Shown here one piece after another: positions 27,663-41,077 of a stretch of 64,000 bases of DNA. The position numbers were made by a program, and so were the translations under genes. The stretch's first letter is position 1, and each line of letters opens with the position of its first letter. The DNA is from Octopus sinensis (Eukaryota): the NCBI RefSeq assembly GCF_006345805.1, contig NC_043022.1, positions 17,980,001 to 18,044,000 on the forward strand, written 5' to 3'. A model generated the notes under the pieces. That model was given only the letters and a program-made list of their open reading frames with translations, did not search any database and was not told the origin of the DNA.

Positions 27663-28724
27663 CTTTATTGTATAGAAAATATATATAAATAATATAAAAA
27701 TATAAATCTAATGTTTAAAATGAATTTGATATTTCTAAATTATCAAATTAAAATTATAAATCATGATGATGAGTTTGGATATTGATTTTCTTTATTAATA
27801 ATAACAATATTTTACCTAACAAAATTTATGTATATATCGCTCGTATTAAATATATAAATACTTTAATAATATTAACATTTTTATGCAATGGAGCACTCAA
27901 TATAAATTCAGTATTAATATTCTTATTGAATATATTTACCTAAAGATTTATATATATATATAAAAGTAGAAATTCTTTCACTTCCTCTATGTTTGTCTCT
28001 CTATACTTATGTCTACGTATGAAACAAACGAATTGTAGTAAGCAAGAAGACTAGTTACTGGCATAGGATATTCAGTTGAAGACTAAATCTGGTATTTTTT
28101 GCCGGAAAGCAATAACTTTAGACGTCATTTCTTTTGACAATTGGAAAAATAAGTTGGAAAATTGTCAGGCATCGGGTTATGTCCCTTACAGTATTTCCTC
28201 GAGTTACCTCCCTTCCACTGTATATTAAATCTTAAACGACCGGTCCGTCTTGACGACTTTGCATTGATCTTAACTTGATCTTTTTAAACAATCACTGTCA
28301 ATAAACTTGTGTATCTTTTCGAGTTTCATTGACACATCGGTAGAGGCCATCGTGTGAATCAACTAGAATTGTCCACTTCATTGAAAGTCTGTTAACTGGC
28401 TGGAGACTAAAGACGGTGAATTCCTCAGGTTTGACGGGCAGGGCGGACATTCGTTGTGTCCTGGGAGAAAAATAGAAAAATAAATGTTTCGATCAATTCA
28501 CGCTGTTTTCTATACTCCTATCATTGAGTTATTTAATTCGAGCCATGTTCATCCCCACCGTAGCTAATCCTGTCTCCGGGTGGCCCAGTTATTCTCTAAC
28601 CAATCCTACTTCTACATAGCAATGTCATAGCTTTCTTTGTTCACATTTCATTGGAAACTCATCCTCTATTTATGTACAGCACTGTGTAAATTAGAAGAAT
28701 TGAAATAAATTTAAATATTGGTTT

Positions 28725-28925
28725 GAAATTTTGACCCAAGGCCAGCAAATTCAGGGGAGGGGATTAAGTCGATTACATTGACTTCAATGCTCAGTTGGTA
28801 CTTATTTTATCGATCGTGAAAGGATGAAAGGCAAAGTCGATCTCGGCGGAATTTGAACTCAGAGCATAAAGACAGACGAAATGCCGTTATGACCGGTGAC
28901 TTAACGATTCTGTCAGCTCACCGCT
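28725..28925 (-). mobile_element. SINE family A copy
   Basis: gaaaggatgaaaggcaaagtcga..ggcggaatttgaactcag; matches the other copies. Confidence 0.8.
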
Positions 28926-29694
28926 TTAAAGATTTTAATATTATAAAGGTTAAGTGTAGGTTACATAAGAATGTAAATACATTCTTTCTTTACAATTTGA
29001 TGTACGGTGGGGGTGGGGGGACAGGGTTAAGTTTCTTGACGGACCATTTTCACGATTTCTTATCCGTTCCCCTGAGAAGACTTTCTAGCTTTCTTTCCCT
29101 GCTTATTTTTGTTCTTCTTGGTTACACTTTCATTCGTTCAACTCTAAATTCCTCTATATTTCATATCTGCCTCAATTATGAATGCATTGATATGAAAAAA
29201 AATATTAAAAAATAGGGATCCAGGGGCCGTCTGTTTGTGGTTTTGATTGACGCCAGTTTCCAGATGATGTCTGCAGTGAAGCTTAGTCCAATAGCAAAGA
29301 TTCCGAGACGATTGAAGACAGAAAACTGTTGAAGCTACCAACCACCATCACAGTGTTGAAGGTATGTGACCCAGCCCCGCCTCTTCCGCTGGACTTCACC
29401 ATAAACTTGATGAAGGTGGGGAGGCAACGGAAGATGTTAGTTCATTGTTCATCTAAGTTACGTATTCTGTATTCTGTTTACGTATACAACCTTCCACATA
29501 GAGATTTATGAGTGTGCCGTCCTCTTCTGCATTCTCAGAAAGTTATATTTTAATATATATAAGTTCAAAACCATCCATCCATCCATCATCCATCCATCCA
29601 TCCATCCATCTATCTCTCCCTCCCTCCCTCCCTCCATCCATCCATGCATCAATCCATACAGACAGACAGACAGAACTAGTCGCAACGTTCTGGT

Positions 29695-30830
29695 GAAACA
29701 TAAGAGTGGAGTTTAGTCAGGACAAATGTTTATATTTGATTGTCAATCAAAGAAAGATTGTCGACCAAACAAGGAATATGGATGTCAGCCAATCTGTCTC
29801 CGATGAAGAACCTATCTTGAAACTGATGGGAATCTTACAGGTGTTGGTATTGTGAGTTAGAGTGGCAAAAGAATGTTCCAACAGCTTCGAAAGATATGGC
29901 AGTCATGGGTGTCTGCATTCAGTAAAACCACATTCCACAATGCTTTTGCAGAGTCAGAGCTGCTGCAACAAGTGAGATATTAGGCTGGAGACTTGAAGAC
30001 ATCTGCGACTCGGATATCAGGAATTGAAAGATAATAACGATGATTGGTGACTTCCACGACGCCAAAGGATCCATGTTAAACGGAAGGATGGCGGCAGAGG
30101 CTTAATATCAATTTAGACGGGCTTTGTGTGCCATGTTGTGTCACTTAGACACGTCAAGAGAGAAACGAGTACATCACATGTATACTTAACAGTGAAGGTA
30201 ATAACATTACGAGGTTAAGTGAAGAACTCTTCAACAGATACTCTGAGTTTACAACAGCGCCATATAAGCCAAGCGGGGCTGGACTGATCGATTTAAACAG
30301 AGATTTGGAGAGAGAAATATTCATCATATGAACAGAAAATTGTGCAAGCTAGACAATGTCAACCTCTCCTGGACCCGTGATAAACACATTACATTTCACC
30401 CAGGAAGCTATGCCTTTGCTATACAAGGACAGGAGTTAGCTTCTAAATATCTGATCGACAAGAGAACTCTAAATCTTCACTCTGTAATAGCAAAGGTCGA
30501 TTGTGCTTTGCCAATGTGGAAGACATCGCATGTGGTCAGCAGCTGACCAAAAATGTCCACCAGATACCATGTTTCCAGTGAGACATGACAGTGTTGCTAA
30601 AACCCTATATGCAGGAAGGATTACCCTGACAGCAATACGAAAGGCACACCAGAATCAGGATACATCCATACCTTCGAAAATAAAGAATACTAATGGTACT
30701 CCGTCGCTTACGACGACGCGGGTTCTAGGTGATCCGATCAACGGAACAGCTTGCTCGTGAAATTAACGTGCAAATGGCTGAACACTCCACAGACATGCGC
30801 ACCGTTAACATAATACTCGGGGAGATTCAG
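29695..30830 (+). mobile_element. R4/Dong-like (RLE-type) non-LTR retrotransposon relic
   Basis: HVKRKDGGRGLIS motif, then decayed AIQGQEL (cf. AAQDQ) and RHDSVAKTLY (CCHC-adjacent RH motif); heavily disrupted. Confidence 0.65.
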
Positions 30831-32364
30831 CGTGACGCAGAATATGAGAAGGTAAGCACTGCTAATTTTTGTCATCCGAGAGTGTTCTTGAGCAACAAGA
30901 ACAAATGGTCTTGCTTAAGGACACGACGCACCACTGGGAATCTAACTCATGATCTTACGATCATAAACCGAATACTCTAACTACTAAACTACGCGCCTTT
31001 ACATAAAGAACACCAAATGGCACATTCTAGTAATAAAAGCAACAGCTTGGTGTAAGCATAATACACAGGTAAGACAGTGGCGGTTCGGAGACAGAATTAG
31101 GCCGGCTGCTGCTTCAGAAAATTTTTAGCCTTTGTTTTAATATTGTGTAAAAGGAAAGAAACATAAAAAGAATATTTATACATAAACTTGATCGGTTCAC
31201 ATTTTAGCCACTGCCAAGGAGTGTGTTTAATTTGTTCACTGAACACCGCCGCGAATTCCCCCTTGTTTTTCACCCCCTCTCCCCACAAATCACAAAATAA
31301 ATGAGGGTGGGGGATGTGCCCTATTTTTCAAATCCTGGCGGCAACGCTGAATCTGGAAGCAGGATAATAATCTAATTCTACACTTTATCACATTCAAGAA
31401 CATAAACACGTTTTTAAGTACAACACACGCGGAGTCAAAAAGAAACACTACCTTTCACCAGCGTCGGCAGTGCGTGAGCCACAGTGCTCTCTCTCCCTAC
31501 GCGCAGCTTCCTATCCCAGACATGTGAGCATTCGCACAACAGCCAAACACCGCGTCGCTGGAACTGTGAAGCGTACAGTTCTATACAAGGAATTTTGTAT
31601 TTTTTTCATAAACTAGAAGGTGGCTACTGACATTAAGCTTAAGGTTTATATAATGTACAAGTATGAAGAAAGAATTAAAGGTAAAAGGACTCGGTATATT
31701 GAATGTTATCGATAATATAGAGTGGAAATGGAGGAGGGTGCTGCAGTTCTGCAGTGCCTCTACAATAACCGTCACTGAGGCAAGATATTATTTAGGTGGG
31801 AGGGAGCAAAAGTCATGTACTGTTGTGGTGGATTAGCTTGGCCATTGGATAGGAATGTTTCGTGAAACATTGGAGGAAAGGAGAATATTTATGGAGAACT
31901 GAGGAGAAATCAACAACTTTGAATCCAGATTCTGGATTTTCATTTGTTCTTCATGTCATGGATGCTCTGGGCAGAAAGCTAGGAATGGTTGGGTAAACAG
32001 ACTGGCAGGTTTCAAATACAATTGATTTGGAGGAGAGTGAATGTTTGTAAAATATTCCAGGGATTCTCCATTTGAGGTCCCTTGTCTGCACACATGTACA
32101 CAGTCATATATACGTATGTCATATGGAAGACACACACACACAAATATATATATATATAAGCAGGAAAGATGTTCACCTTACTACTCAGTATATGAGTGCA
32201 AGTTTATCCACACACGCATCAACCAATTCAGACAACCACTCACAAACGCCCAAGAGCTGTCTTGACTTAAGCAAAAGAACCTTGTCATTTTGTTAGTGAC
32301 CCGCGCTGAATCCTGCAGAGAAATACACACACACGCACGCACACACACGCACGCCCCTTTTTAT

Positions 32365-32585
32365 CCTGCGCTTGTTTCAGTCATTGGGCAGCGACCATAC
32401 TGAGGGAACGTCTCGAAGGGTTTTAGTCGAACAAATCATTCCCGGAACTTATGTCTTTTTTTTTTTTAAATCTGGTACTTATTCTGTCGGTCTTTTTGGC
32501 CAAATCGCTAAGATACAGAGATGTAAACAAACCGAGCCTGGTTGTCAAGCGGTGGTAAGGGGGAGACAAACACACACACACACAC
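32365..32585 (-). mobile_element. SINE family B, 3' half
   Basis: ttgtttcagtcatt...ggtacttattctgtcggtctttttggcc.aatcgctaag. Confidence 0.75.
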
Positions 32586-32979
32586 ATGCGGTATGGGGTG
32601 ACAATCACGGACACAAAGACTCACACACCTATACGACGGCCTTCCACGCAGTTTCCGTCTACAAAATTCATTCATACATATGTCACATATACGTTTTCAT
32701 TTTTAATTCGCCCCACTCCCCTTCACTAAAAATATCAGCAACAATATTAATCTATTTCCCGTTATTTTCCTGTCGTTGTTGCTGTTTGGCCCAGGTCAGC
32801 TCTGACCAATTAAACCTGTGATCAAAGACATTCCAGTCGTGAACATCTTGTCTTCTTTTCACGCATCCTGATACCTTGAACTACTTATCCTACGCGTTCT
32901 ATTTTATGCATGTCTGTCTGTCTGTCTGCTTGCCTGTCTGTCTGTCTGTCTGTCTAACTATCTATCTACGTAGACGACG

Positions 32980-34099
32980 GTGAACAGGTGGGGTCGCCGT
33001 TTGTGAGGCACGCTTTCCCGCAACTCGTCTCCATGACCGAACTGCAGAGGCCGAGAAAGGGCGAATGGCACCGCGAGTGTCGCGTTGCTCTCAAGCAACT
33101 ATGCCGTCCCGGGTCGACCTTGAGTGACTTCAATACAACCCAAGCATTCTATAGGGGATTAGTGGGGGGGAGATACGACGACGAGTTCGGGGCGAACCTG
33201 GACGTCGACGAGGAATACCTGACCCGCCTGTTCAGGACGACTTTCGGGCCAGGGCCCATGGATAACTTCCAGAGATCCCTGGCCTGGCAGTGCTACCGAG
33301 AAGCGCTACCCGTTCGGGATAAGCTCTACAGACACGGCTCGAGAAACACGGGGCCGACCTGCCCGAGATGCGGTCAGAGCGACGAAACCGTTCTGACGCA
33401 CTCTTGCAGTGTCCAACAATTTCCGACCTGTGGGCTTATGTTGAACAACTGCTGTCACGTGTGGGACGAGTCGGTTTATCAACCGAGTCTATCGTCAATA
33501 TTGTCACGCCTCCTTCCTTCAAACGGGAAGGAAGAGCTATTTTCATCATCCTTGTGGCTATGGCGAAAGAATGTATCTGGTGGACGCGTCTGAAAGGATT
33601 GGAGACAAACACTTTCCTCTCTGGTCAATCTCTCATCAACTTCTTCAAGTATCACTTGAAAAGGAAAGTGAGAGTAGAGAGGCAAGTTTTGTCTAGTGAA
33701 TGTTTTAAAAAAAGATGGGTGAATGTAGCAAGGATGGCACGTATGAATGACGAAGCCACCTTGAGCATAATCCTATGAACCCGGAAATTTAAAACAGAGG
33801 GTTACCTACTTGCAAATAAATGTGGTAACATGTAACAATATTGACCGAGGTTACCGTGGTCTTTTCCGTAGGCTTTTCTTCCCACGGATAAACCTTATCT
33901 CCTTCCCCCTTTACACCTTACATCATGACACTGTGATACACAATCCCTATTGATCGTTTTTTTCCTCTTCTTCTTTCCCTTTTACGATCCCTTTTGATCG
34001 AAAACCTACCCCACCTTTTTTTTTCCCAAAAAAGAAAAGCTCTACTTTGTAATCTGTTCCGTCTGTGTGCAGCCCTGTGTGGCTAATAAAGAAGCATTA

Positions 34100-34105
<6 letters not shown>
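32980..34105 (+). mobile_element. L1-clade (Tx1-like) LINE, 5'-truncated 3' end
   Basis: QRSLAWQCYREALPVRDKL, zf-RVT-type CPRC..DETVL..C, ...FFKYHLKRKVRVER..RWV; 3' UTR with aataaa ending in (TATC)n. Inserted in a TGTC/TATC microsatellite. Confidence 0.85.
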
Positions 34106-34186
<81 letters not shown>

Positions 34187-34538
34187 ACCATATCAATCTA
34201 TCAAAGGATGTAGCTGGAGGGAGGAGGCTTGGCTGTTCTTTCTAGCAGCTCAAGCGATCCTGTTGAAATTCCCTCTTCGACGCCGTTTCTGTTGGCAATT
34301 TCAACATTGTTGATGTTATTGTTGTTGTCAATAGCGTGGTTATTTTAATTGTAATCACTGTTGTTGTTGTTGCTGCTGTTGTTAATCTGTATCGCTGAAG
34401 TGTAATATTAAGTCTTTGTCGATGAACCAACAAAGCCGCGTTGGTTCGACCGTGAAATTAGGGAATCTTTTCAATATGAACTTGACACTTTTTGGGGGAA
34501 ATTCTCACCACCAACACCTCCACCGCAATTTCCTCTAC

Positions 34539-34949
34539 CTTCTTCTTCTTCTTCTTCTTCTTCTTCTTCTTCTTCTTCTTCTTCTTCTTCTTCTTCTTCT
34601 TCTTCTTTTTCTTCTTTTTCTTCTTCTTCTTTTTCTTCTCCCTTCTTCTTCTTCCTTCTTCTTCTTCTTTTTCTTCTTCTTCCTTCTTCTTCTTCCTTCT
34701 TCTTCTTCTTCTTCTTCTTCCTTCTTCCTTCTTCTTCTTCTTCTTCTTCTTCTTCTTCTTCTTCTTCCTTCTTCTTCTTCTCTTCTACCTTCTTCTTCTT
34801 CTTCTTCTTCTTCTTCTTCTTCTTCTACCTTCTTCTTCTTCTTCTCCTTCTTCTTCTTCTTCTTTTTCTTCTTCTTCCTTCTTCTTCTTCCTTCTTCTTC
34901 TTCTTCTTCTTCTTCTTCCTTCTTCTTCTTCTTCCTCCTCCTTCTTCTT

Positions 34950-34978
<29 letters not shown>
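34539..34978 (+). repeat. (CTT)n/(GAA)n tract, ~440 bp
   Basis: Directly visible; source of the poly-F/L/S and poly-R/K/E ORFs. Confidence 0.95.
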
Positions 34979-34981
<3 letters not shown>

Positions 34982-35550
34982 AGTAACACTGACTCCTTCA
35001 CCCTCTATCATCACTTTTTTTCCCCCTCTTGACTCCATAATCTCTCAACTATAAACTCTTTCCGTATAACTGCTCCCATCGTCACCGCCGCCGCCGCCAC
35101 CACCACCATCGCCAGCCCTCCCTCCATCTCCCTATCAACCACAACTAAACTCATTGATTCTGCACCCTACCACTAACTCACACCCCCACCATCACCCCCC
35201 CACTCTTCCCTCCATTATACGTCACGTGCATCTACGTCCATTTTATTCCAACAATGGTCGTGGAACAGACTGTAATTGTCGCCTGTCGTCTGTCGCCTCT
35301 TTCTTCACTTCTGTCTTTCATATACAGACCAGTCCGTCGTAGATATATCTGTCTGTCATACATACCTGCCTTTAATTTACATACCTGCCTCTCGTATACA
35401 TGCTTGTCTCTCTTATACATACCTGTTACACACACACACATGTACGTATCTGTGTGTGTTTGTGTGTGTCTATGTATGTATGTATGTATGTATGTATGTA
35501 TGTATGTATGTATGAATGGTCTATGTATGTATGTATGTATGTATGTATGA

Positions 35551-35590
<40 letters not shown>

Positions 35591-36127
35591 TACAGAAATA
35601 AAGGGATTCTCGAATGCAGGATGGCTGTGAAGGCTGCTTAAAAATCGGGTAAATACCTTTTAGAAGATGGAAAAAAGTGGCCAGCCTCATATATATACAC
35701 AGACCTGTCTCTTATATTCGTACCTGTTCTCTTATATATACCTGTCTGTCATATATACACGTCATTAATGAACTAACTATTGCTTATTACTTACATATAC
35801 GGGTGTACATTCTTATCTGCGTGTATGTTTATATATGGTTCACATACACATACAATAGTACACATATCTACATGTTTATGCATACATGTACCTCAGAAAC
35901 ATCCATAGGTATCCATGCATATATATATATGTACGTACGTATTAAGATATGCAACCATATATGATGCGGCGCCACGCGTTGGGGAGCCTGCTGCACCTGC
36001 ATAAACTTCTAAAAGCGATGGTGTGAAGGACGGCGACGAAAAGAAGGGTGAACTGGTGTGGGCGTGTTTCGTGTGAAGGACGTCTATCCGCAGCTCAGCT
36101 CATTGACGGAGCTGTAGTCATGGGTCA

Positions 36128-36530
36128 ATCGTCATCATCATTGTTCGACTGTGGTCGAGACAATGGAATTTACCATGCTACGCCAGACTTCACGGTCCAT
36201 CATGGCATTACGGAGGTCCTGTTGCTGGATGCCTGTATCCCTGGAGATTACATCAGGGTAGGAGAGTGTGCGCCCTCTGGTATTGCGAGTAGATGGCTTC
36301 CAGAGGAGAAGAGTAGAAATTACCTTTTTTTCAGCTCTACAACAATGTCCAGCAAACTGGACTCTCCTACCTTTCACAAGAGATGACACAGGTGGTAGTT
36401 TCCCATATATTTGCATTTTGGTTGGATGGCGCTTCCACGAGAGATTTTGAGCTCTCATAAGGAGGCGGGTGTAGGTTCCATCCAACCGCCTCTCAAGCTC
36501 AAGCGGTTCCATCCATGGGTCAAAGGTAGA
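36128..36530 (-). mobile_element. RTE-clade LINE 3' fragment
   Basis: LERRLDGTYTRLLMRAQNLSWKRH...RRVQFAGHCCR...LLLWKP...DTG...AMMDREVWR followed by a (GAT)n tail. Confidence 0.85.
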
Positions 36531-37084
36531 CCAAGATCGGGCGTTTGGCATCTAGAATGTTGCCATGCGCTCACTGCACCCTACCAGCTGGACAAAATTT
36601 CTATAGTTGAGGGTATGAGCGACGGTGGTCTTGGATTGACTCTGGACATTGACGAGAACAGTCTGAACGGTCAAGATGTAGTTGCTGCCGTGTTGTGTGT
36701 TTATCAAAAGTTGGCCGAGAGTGGCAAGACTGGAAAGGCTGAATGGATCAACTCTGAGTATGCTTTTCTAAGTAGGAGGAAAGAAACTGGAAGATGACAT
36801 TTTGTGGACTGTTTCCCCTATTGGGGCTTCTGTTTGTTTATTTCTCTAACTTCTATTTATACATTCCTTGTTACTACAGCCTTTAATGTTGTAGTGTCTC
36901 CCTTTGATCGATGATAAAACCACCCCCTGTTTTGTCTGTTGTATCTCGTCCTTTGATATTGTCTTCCAAGTCTTGAGCTCTTATATAATAATTATTATTA
37001 TCATCTTTCAATTCTGTTTCCATTTCTTGCCGAGTGTCTTCCTGACACTTAGGGCAGAGAAACTCACTGTGTACATTGGTAGGC

Positions 37085-38880
37085 AATTAAAATAAACAAA
37101 CCAGATTGTTCATTTACAAAGTAATGTGATTCAGAAAAAGGGGCTGAAAGACAGAAGAAAAGGAAAAGAAAAAATGAAAAGAAGCAAAGAAAATAAAGAG
37201 GAAAAAAGGATAGAAAATTTATATCGGCGATGCTCTTCTTAATACCAGTTAAGACACTCCTTTGCATTTCTTGCGTGGATAGTAAGCCAGGGATCATTCT
37301 TAAATAATTTTCAGTTCCTTTTCTGATCATTCCAAGTGCTCCCAAATCACTGGTATTGTAACCGTCTTGAGATGCCATATCTTTTCGATTTCAATCAGCA
37401 AATTTTTATATTTTCTGAGCTTATCAAAATGTTTTGCCGAGATATTCTGATGGCAGGGTATGGTCATGTCAATCAATAAACAGACTTTATTGTTTTGGTC
37501 TTTCTCAACAATATCAAATAGCTTTGATGGTCCGGTCTGTACGTACTGGAAAATCACAAAGAACCATTACCTTTTTTCCTTCAGTTACAGCCTCAGGGTG
37601 GTGCTTATGCCATTTGTATGCATTTTTTTTTATTTTATAAAGCCGACATATTATCCAGTGTAGTTATTGGCCAACTCTGTCATGTCTTGACATACTTTAC
37701 AGGTACTAAAACCTTACACCCAGAGATTAGGTGGTCCACTTTCAATCCCATCGTTGCAGTATCAGCACCTTGGGTTTACTCCAATTTTCATCACATTAGC
37801 TTGATAGTTCAGGGGCAATAAGCTCTGATTCTGAGCAGCCATGATAAAGCCTTCGCTCTGCCTTTAGCCCTGAGCTCTGTAACCACTGATAGGTGTGCTT
37901 CTAATCTACATCAGCTTGTTTGCGAAGTTTGCGTTTTGTTTTTCGGATCTGCAATCCTGTTCTGTTCGTAGGAAGTGGAACCTCTGTTGGTGCAGTTCCA
38001 CCTGGAAGAGCGGTCTTGTGCTTGCGTTTCCCTGGTGTCGGGGTCTATCTCAAAGCTGATCAGTAAGGCGTTGTCTTCGAAGCTATTTTTGCTGTCCACC
38101 TAGTGTGCGCTTTTGCCAGTTCTCTGTAAAACAGTCTCTTGGGGAGTCGCGTGTCAGACATTCGAACAAGGTGGCCTGCCCATCTGACTTGCTAAAGAGA
38201 GCAGGCAACCAACGAATGACTGAGGTCAAAGACTTCTCTTAGGTCAATGGAGGCCAGAAACAGTGGTTGATTCAACTCTCGACACTTACTTACTCGCATG
38301 TCTATCATGGATCTTTTGGTGTGGAAGCCACATTCTGACTTTTTTTGGAAACTATTCGAGTGAAGAATTCGTCACCAATACTAAGGAGAGCGATACCTCT
38401 CCCTATTCCTTTCTATTAAAAGCACAAGGCGGAGTCTCGACATTTGCATCGATCTCCAGGGCTCAACTGCTGCTTATTTTATCGATTCCAAAAGGATTAA
38501 TTATTGCAATCACTTTTGTCGCTTTTGTTCTTGTACAGAATGATAATACTAAAATGATGGAATTGAAGAACTTATGGAGTTGTTCGAACCAAATTAACTT
38601 TTCAAAATAACTGAGGTGCAATCTTTCCCCTGGTCTTCGTTTGTCGCCAACTTGGTCATAAAATTTGATGATTTTGTTTGTGGCAGAGAATTCCTCTAAT
38701 TTGGAGATTAACAGGAGACAATAGCATCCAGAATTGGTTGGTGGAGAAGATTCCTTCTTGAATTTAGTCAACTCCACTCCTCCATCTCTTCAGGTTTGTC
38801 TGTGATTATTGTTCTAGATATGGATTGAAATCGTTTTCTTGATACCTGGACCAACAGCTTTCTTTCCTTCTCACGCGACG
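37085..38880 (-). mobile_element. R4/Dong-like LINE relic with restriction-like endonuclease C-terminus
   Basis: ETQAQDR, VDHLISGC, DIVEKDQNNKVCLLIDMTIP...DKLRKYKNLLIEIEKIW...IPVI / GALG (PD..D-type RLE). Confidence 0.8.
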
Positions 38881-38904
38881 TCTCTCAGGTATTGCCTATA
38901 TCAT

Positions 38905-39078
38905 TCATTTGTTTCGTCATTAGACTGCGGCCATGCTGGGACACCACCTTGAAGAATTTTAGTCGAACAAATCGATCTCAATACTTATTTTTAAAGTCTG
39001 GTACTTATTCTTTCGGTCACTTTTGCCGAACCGCTAAGTTACGGGGACATAAACACACGGACACCGATTGTCAAGTGG

Positions 39079-39120
<42 letters not shown>

Positions 39121-39295
39121 CTATGGCTTCTCTCAGTTTCCATCTACCAAATCCACTCACAAGGTTTTGGTCGGCCCGAGGCTATGGTAGGAGACACTTA
39201 TTCAAGGTGCCACGCAATGGAACTGAACCTTGAACCATGTGGTTGGGAAGCAACTTCTCATCACACAGCCACGCCTGTGCCTAAATATACGTGAG
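38905..39295 (-). mobile_element. SINE family B, near full length
   Basis: Both halves are present around a (CA)n core; head gcacaggcgtggctgtgtg on the minus strand. Confidence 0.8.
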
Positions 39296-39902
39296 GTTGT
39301 TGGTGAGGGTTGGCTAGGTTGATCCAGGAGTCACAAAAACGTATTTTAAACATTTCCTGTGTCACGTGCAGCGACTTGCTTGAAATGTTTGGTGATTCCT
39401 GTAGGAATGGAGTCTTTGTAGGGTTGGCAGCAGTGAGGTGGGAGAGAGATCTAACCCGGGTTGGATTAGTGTCAGTCGCTGTAGGGTGTGATTTGGTTGC
39501 TATGTCTAGCAGGTCGAGCCACCACATTGACGAAGAAGGAGAAGAATAGCTATTAATTAAAAAAAAAAACCCTAATTAAACGAGATTTTGCGAGAAAACG
39601 TGATGTGAATGAGATTTGTTGTGGTCATAAATAATGATAGAGTTGTGAATGTCATCCATATCAACGATTTGTTCTGGGGGGAGGAGGGGGAGGGGGAAAA
39701 GGACGGGAAGGACACGTATTATTATGGTAATGACCATATATGGTAATTATAGTCACTTTGATTAAAAAGCCATGTGTAACCCAAGCTTCGGTGCACACAC
39801 ACGCACGCGCAGACACAAATATGCACGCTCACAAAATCAGTTATCTACTTTTATATATAGAGATCTGAAACATGCATACATACATACGCAACTACTACAT
39901 AC

Positions 39903-40022
<120 letters not shown>

Positions 40023-40029
40023 TAATATA

Positions 40030-41030
40030 CATGGTGCGTAAGATATTGACGACAGAGTTATGTTTATTTATTTTTAAAGGAAATAAAACCCAGATATATA
40101 ATAACAGATAATAACTTTATTTTTCAAAAGATGCTGTGAGGATAAAAATAAACTTTCTCTTCTATAATGTTATTCAATAAAGCCACCTTCAGCTTCAACA
40201 ACTGCTTCTAGATGAGATCTAAATCATCTACATGCTCGAATCAAGTGGTCATTATGGACATTACTCTAACTATGGTGGAGGCGCAATGGCCCAGTGGTTA
40301 GGGCAGCGGACTCGCGGTCATAGGATCGCGGTTTCGATTCCCAGACCGGGCGTTGTGAGTGTTTATTGAGCGAAAACACCTAAAGCTCCACGCGGCTCCG
40401 GCAGCGGATGGTTGGTGATCCCTGCTGTACTCTTTCACCACAACTTTCTCTCACTCTTTCTTCCTGTTTCTGTTGTACCTGTATTTCAAAGGGCCGGCCT
40501 TGTCACTCTCTGTGTCACGCTGAATATCCCCGAGAACTACGTAAAGGGTACACGTGTCTGTGGAGTGCTCAGCCACTTACACGTTAATTTCACGAGCAGG
40601 CTGTTCCGTTGATTCGGATCGACCGGAACCCTCGTCGTCGTAACCGACGGAGTGCTTCCATTCCACTCTAACTATGGTAGCTTTCAAAGAATCTTTGGTG
40701 TTATGGGCGTGTTCATTGACCTCTCTCTCTCAACAATGTTCCACATGTAATAGTCCCATGGATTGAGATCTGGGGAATTAGGAGGCCAAATGTTAGGGGT
40801 TATGTGATCCTGAAAATGTTCAGCCATCCATTCCTGTGTTATTAGAGCCACGTCAGATAGTGCAGTCATACTGAAACGCATATAGCCCCCCATTGCATAC
40901 AGTGTCTATCCAGGGCTTAACAATAGTTGCAGGAAATTTTATATGTGCCAATAACGCTCCCCCCCCCCATTCCATCATGCTGTCCACCATCTAATGATGC
41001 TGACCGGTGAGCCAGTTTTTCGGGGTTGCA
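40030..41030 (-). mobile_element. Tc1/mariner transposase relic interrupted by a SINE
   Basis: TQEWMAEHFQDHITPNIWPPNSPDLNPWDYYMWNIVER motif on the minus strand. Confidence 0.8.
40277..40664 (+). mobile_element. young tRNA-derived SINE (family C) with 14-bp TSD
   Basis: A-box TGGCCCAGTGG, B-box-like GGTTTCGATTCC, CpG-rich; TSD actctaactatggt at 40263-40276 and 40665-40678. Confidence 0.9.
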
Positions 41031-41077
41031 TCATGTTATACCGACATAATGTGGGATAAATATAATAATAATAACAA

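Noticed and set aside
24524-27692. Long ORFs of 286-406 aa (YIHT/MYVC repeats)
   Set aside because: Translations of a (TACA)n microsatellite; no protein-like complexity.
29144-29511. Unique stretch with splice-like signals on both strands
   Set aside because: All frames are interrupted by stops. Fragments (VMVVGSFN, LDPYFLI) hint at a decayed LINE endonuclease rather than a host exon.
34416-35054. Poly-L/F/S and poly-R/K/E ORFs
   Set aside because: Translations of the (CTT)n tract.
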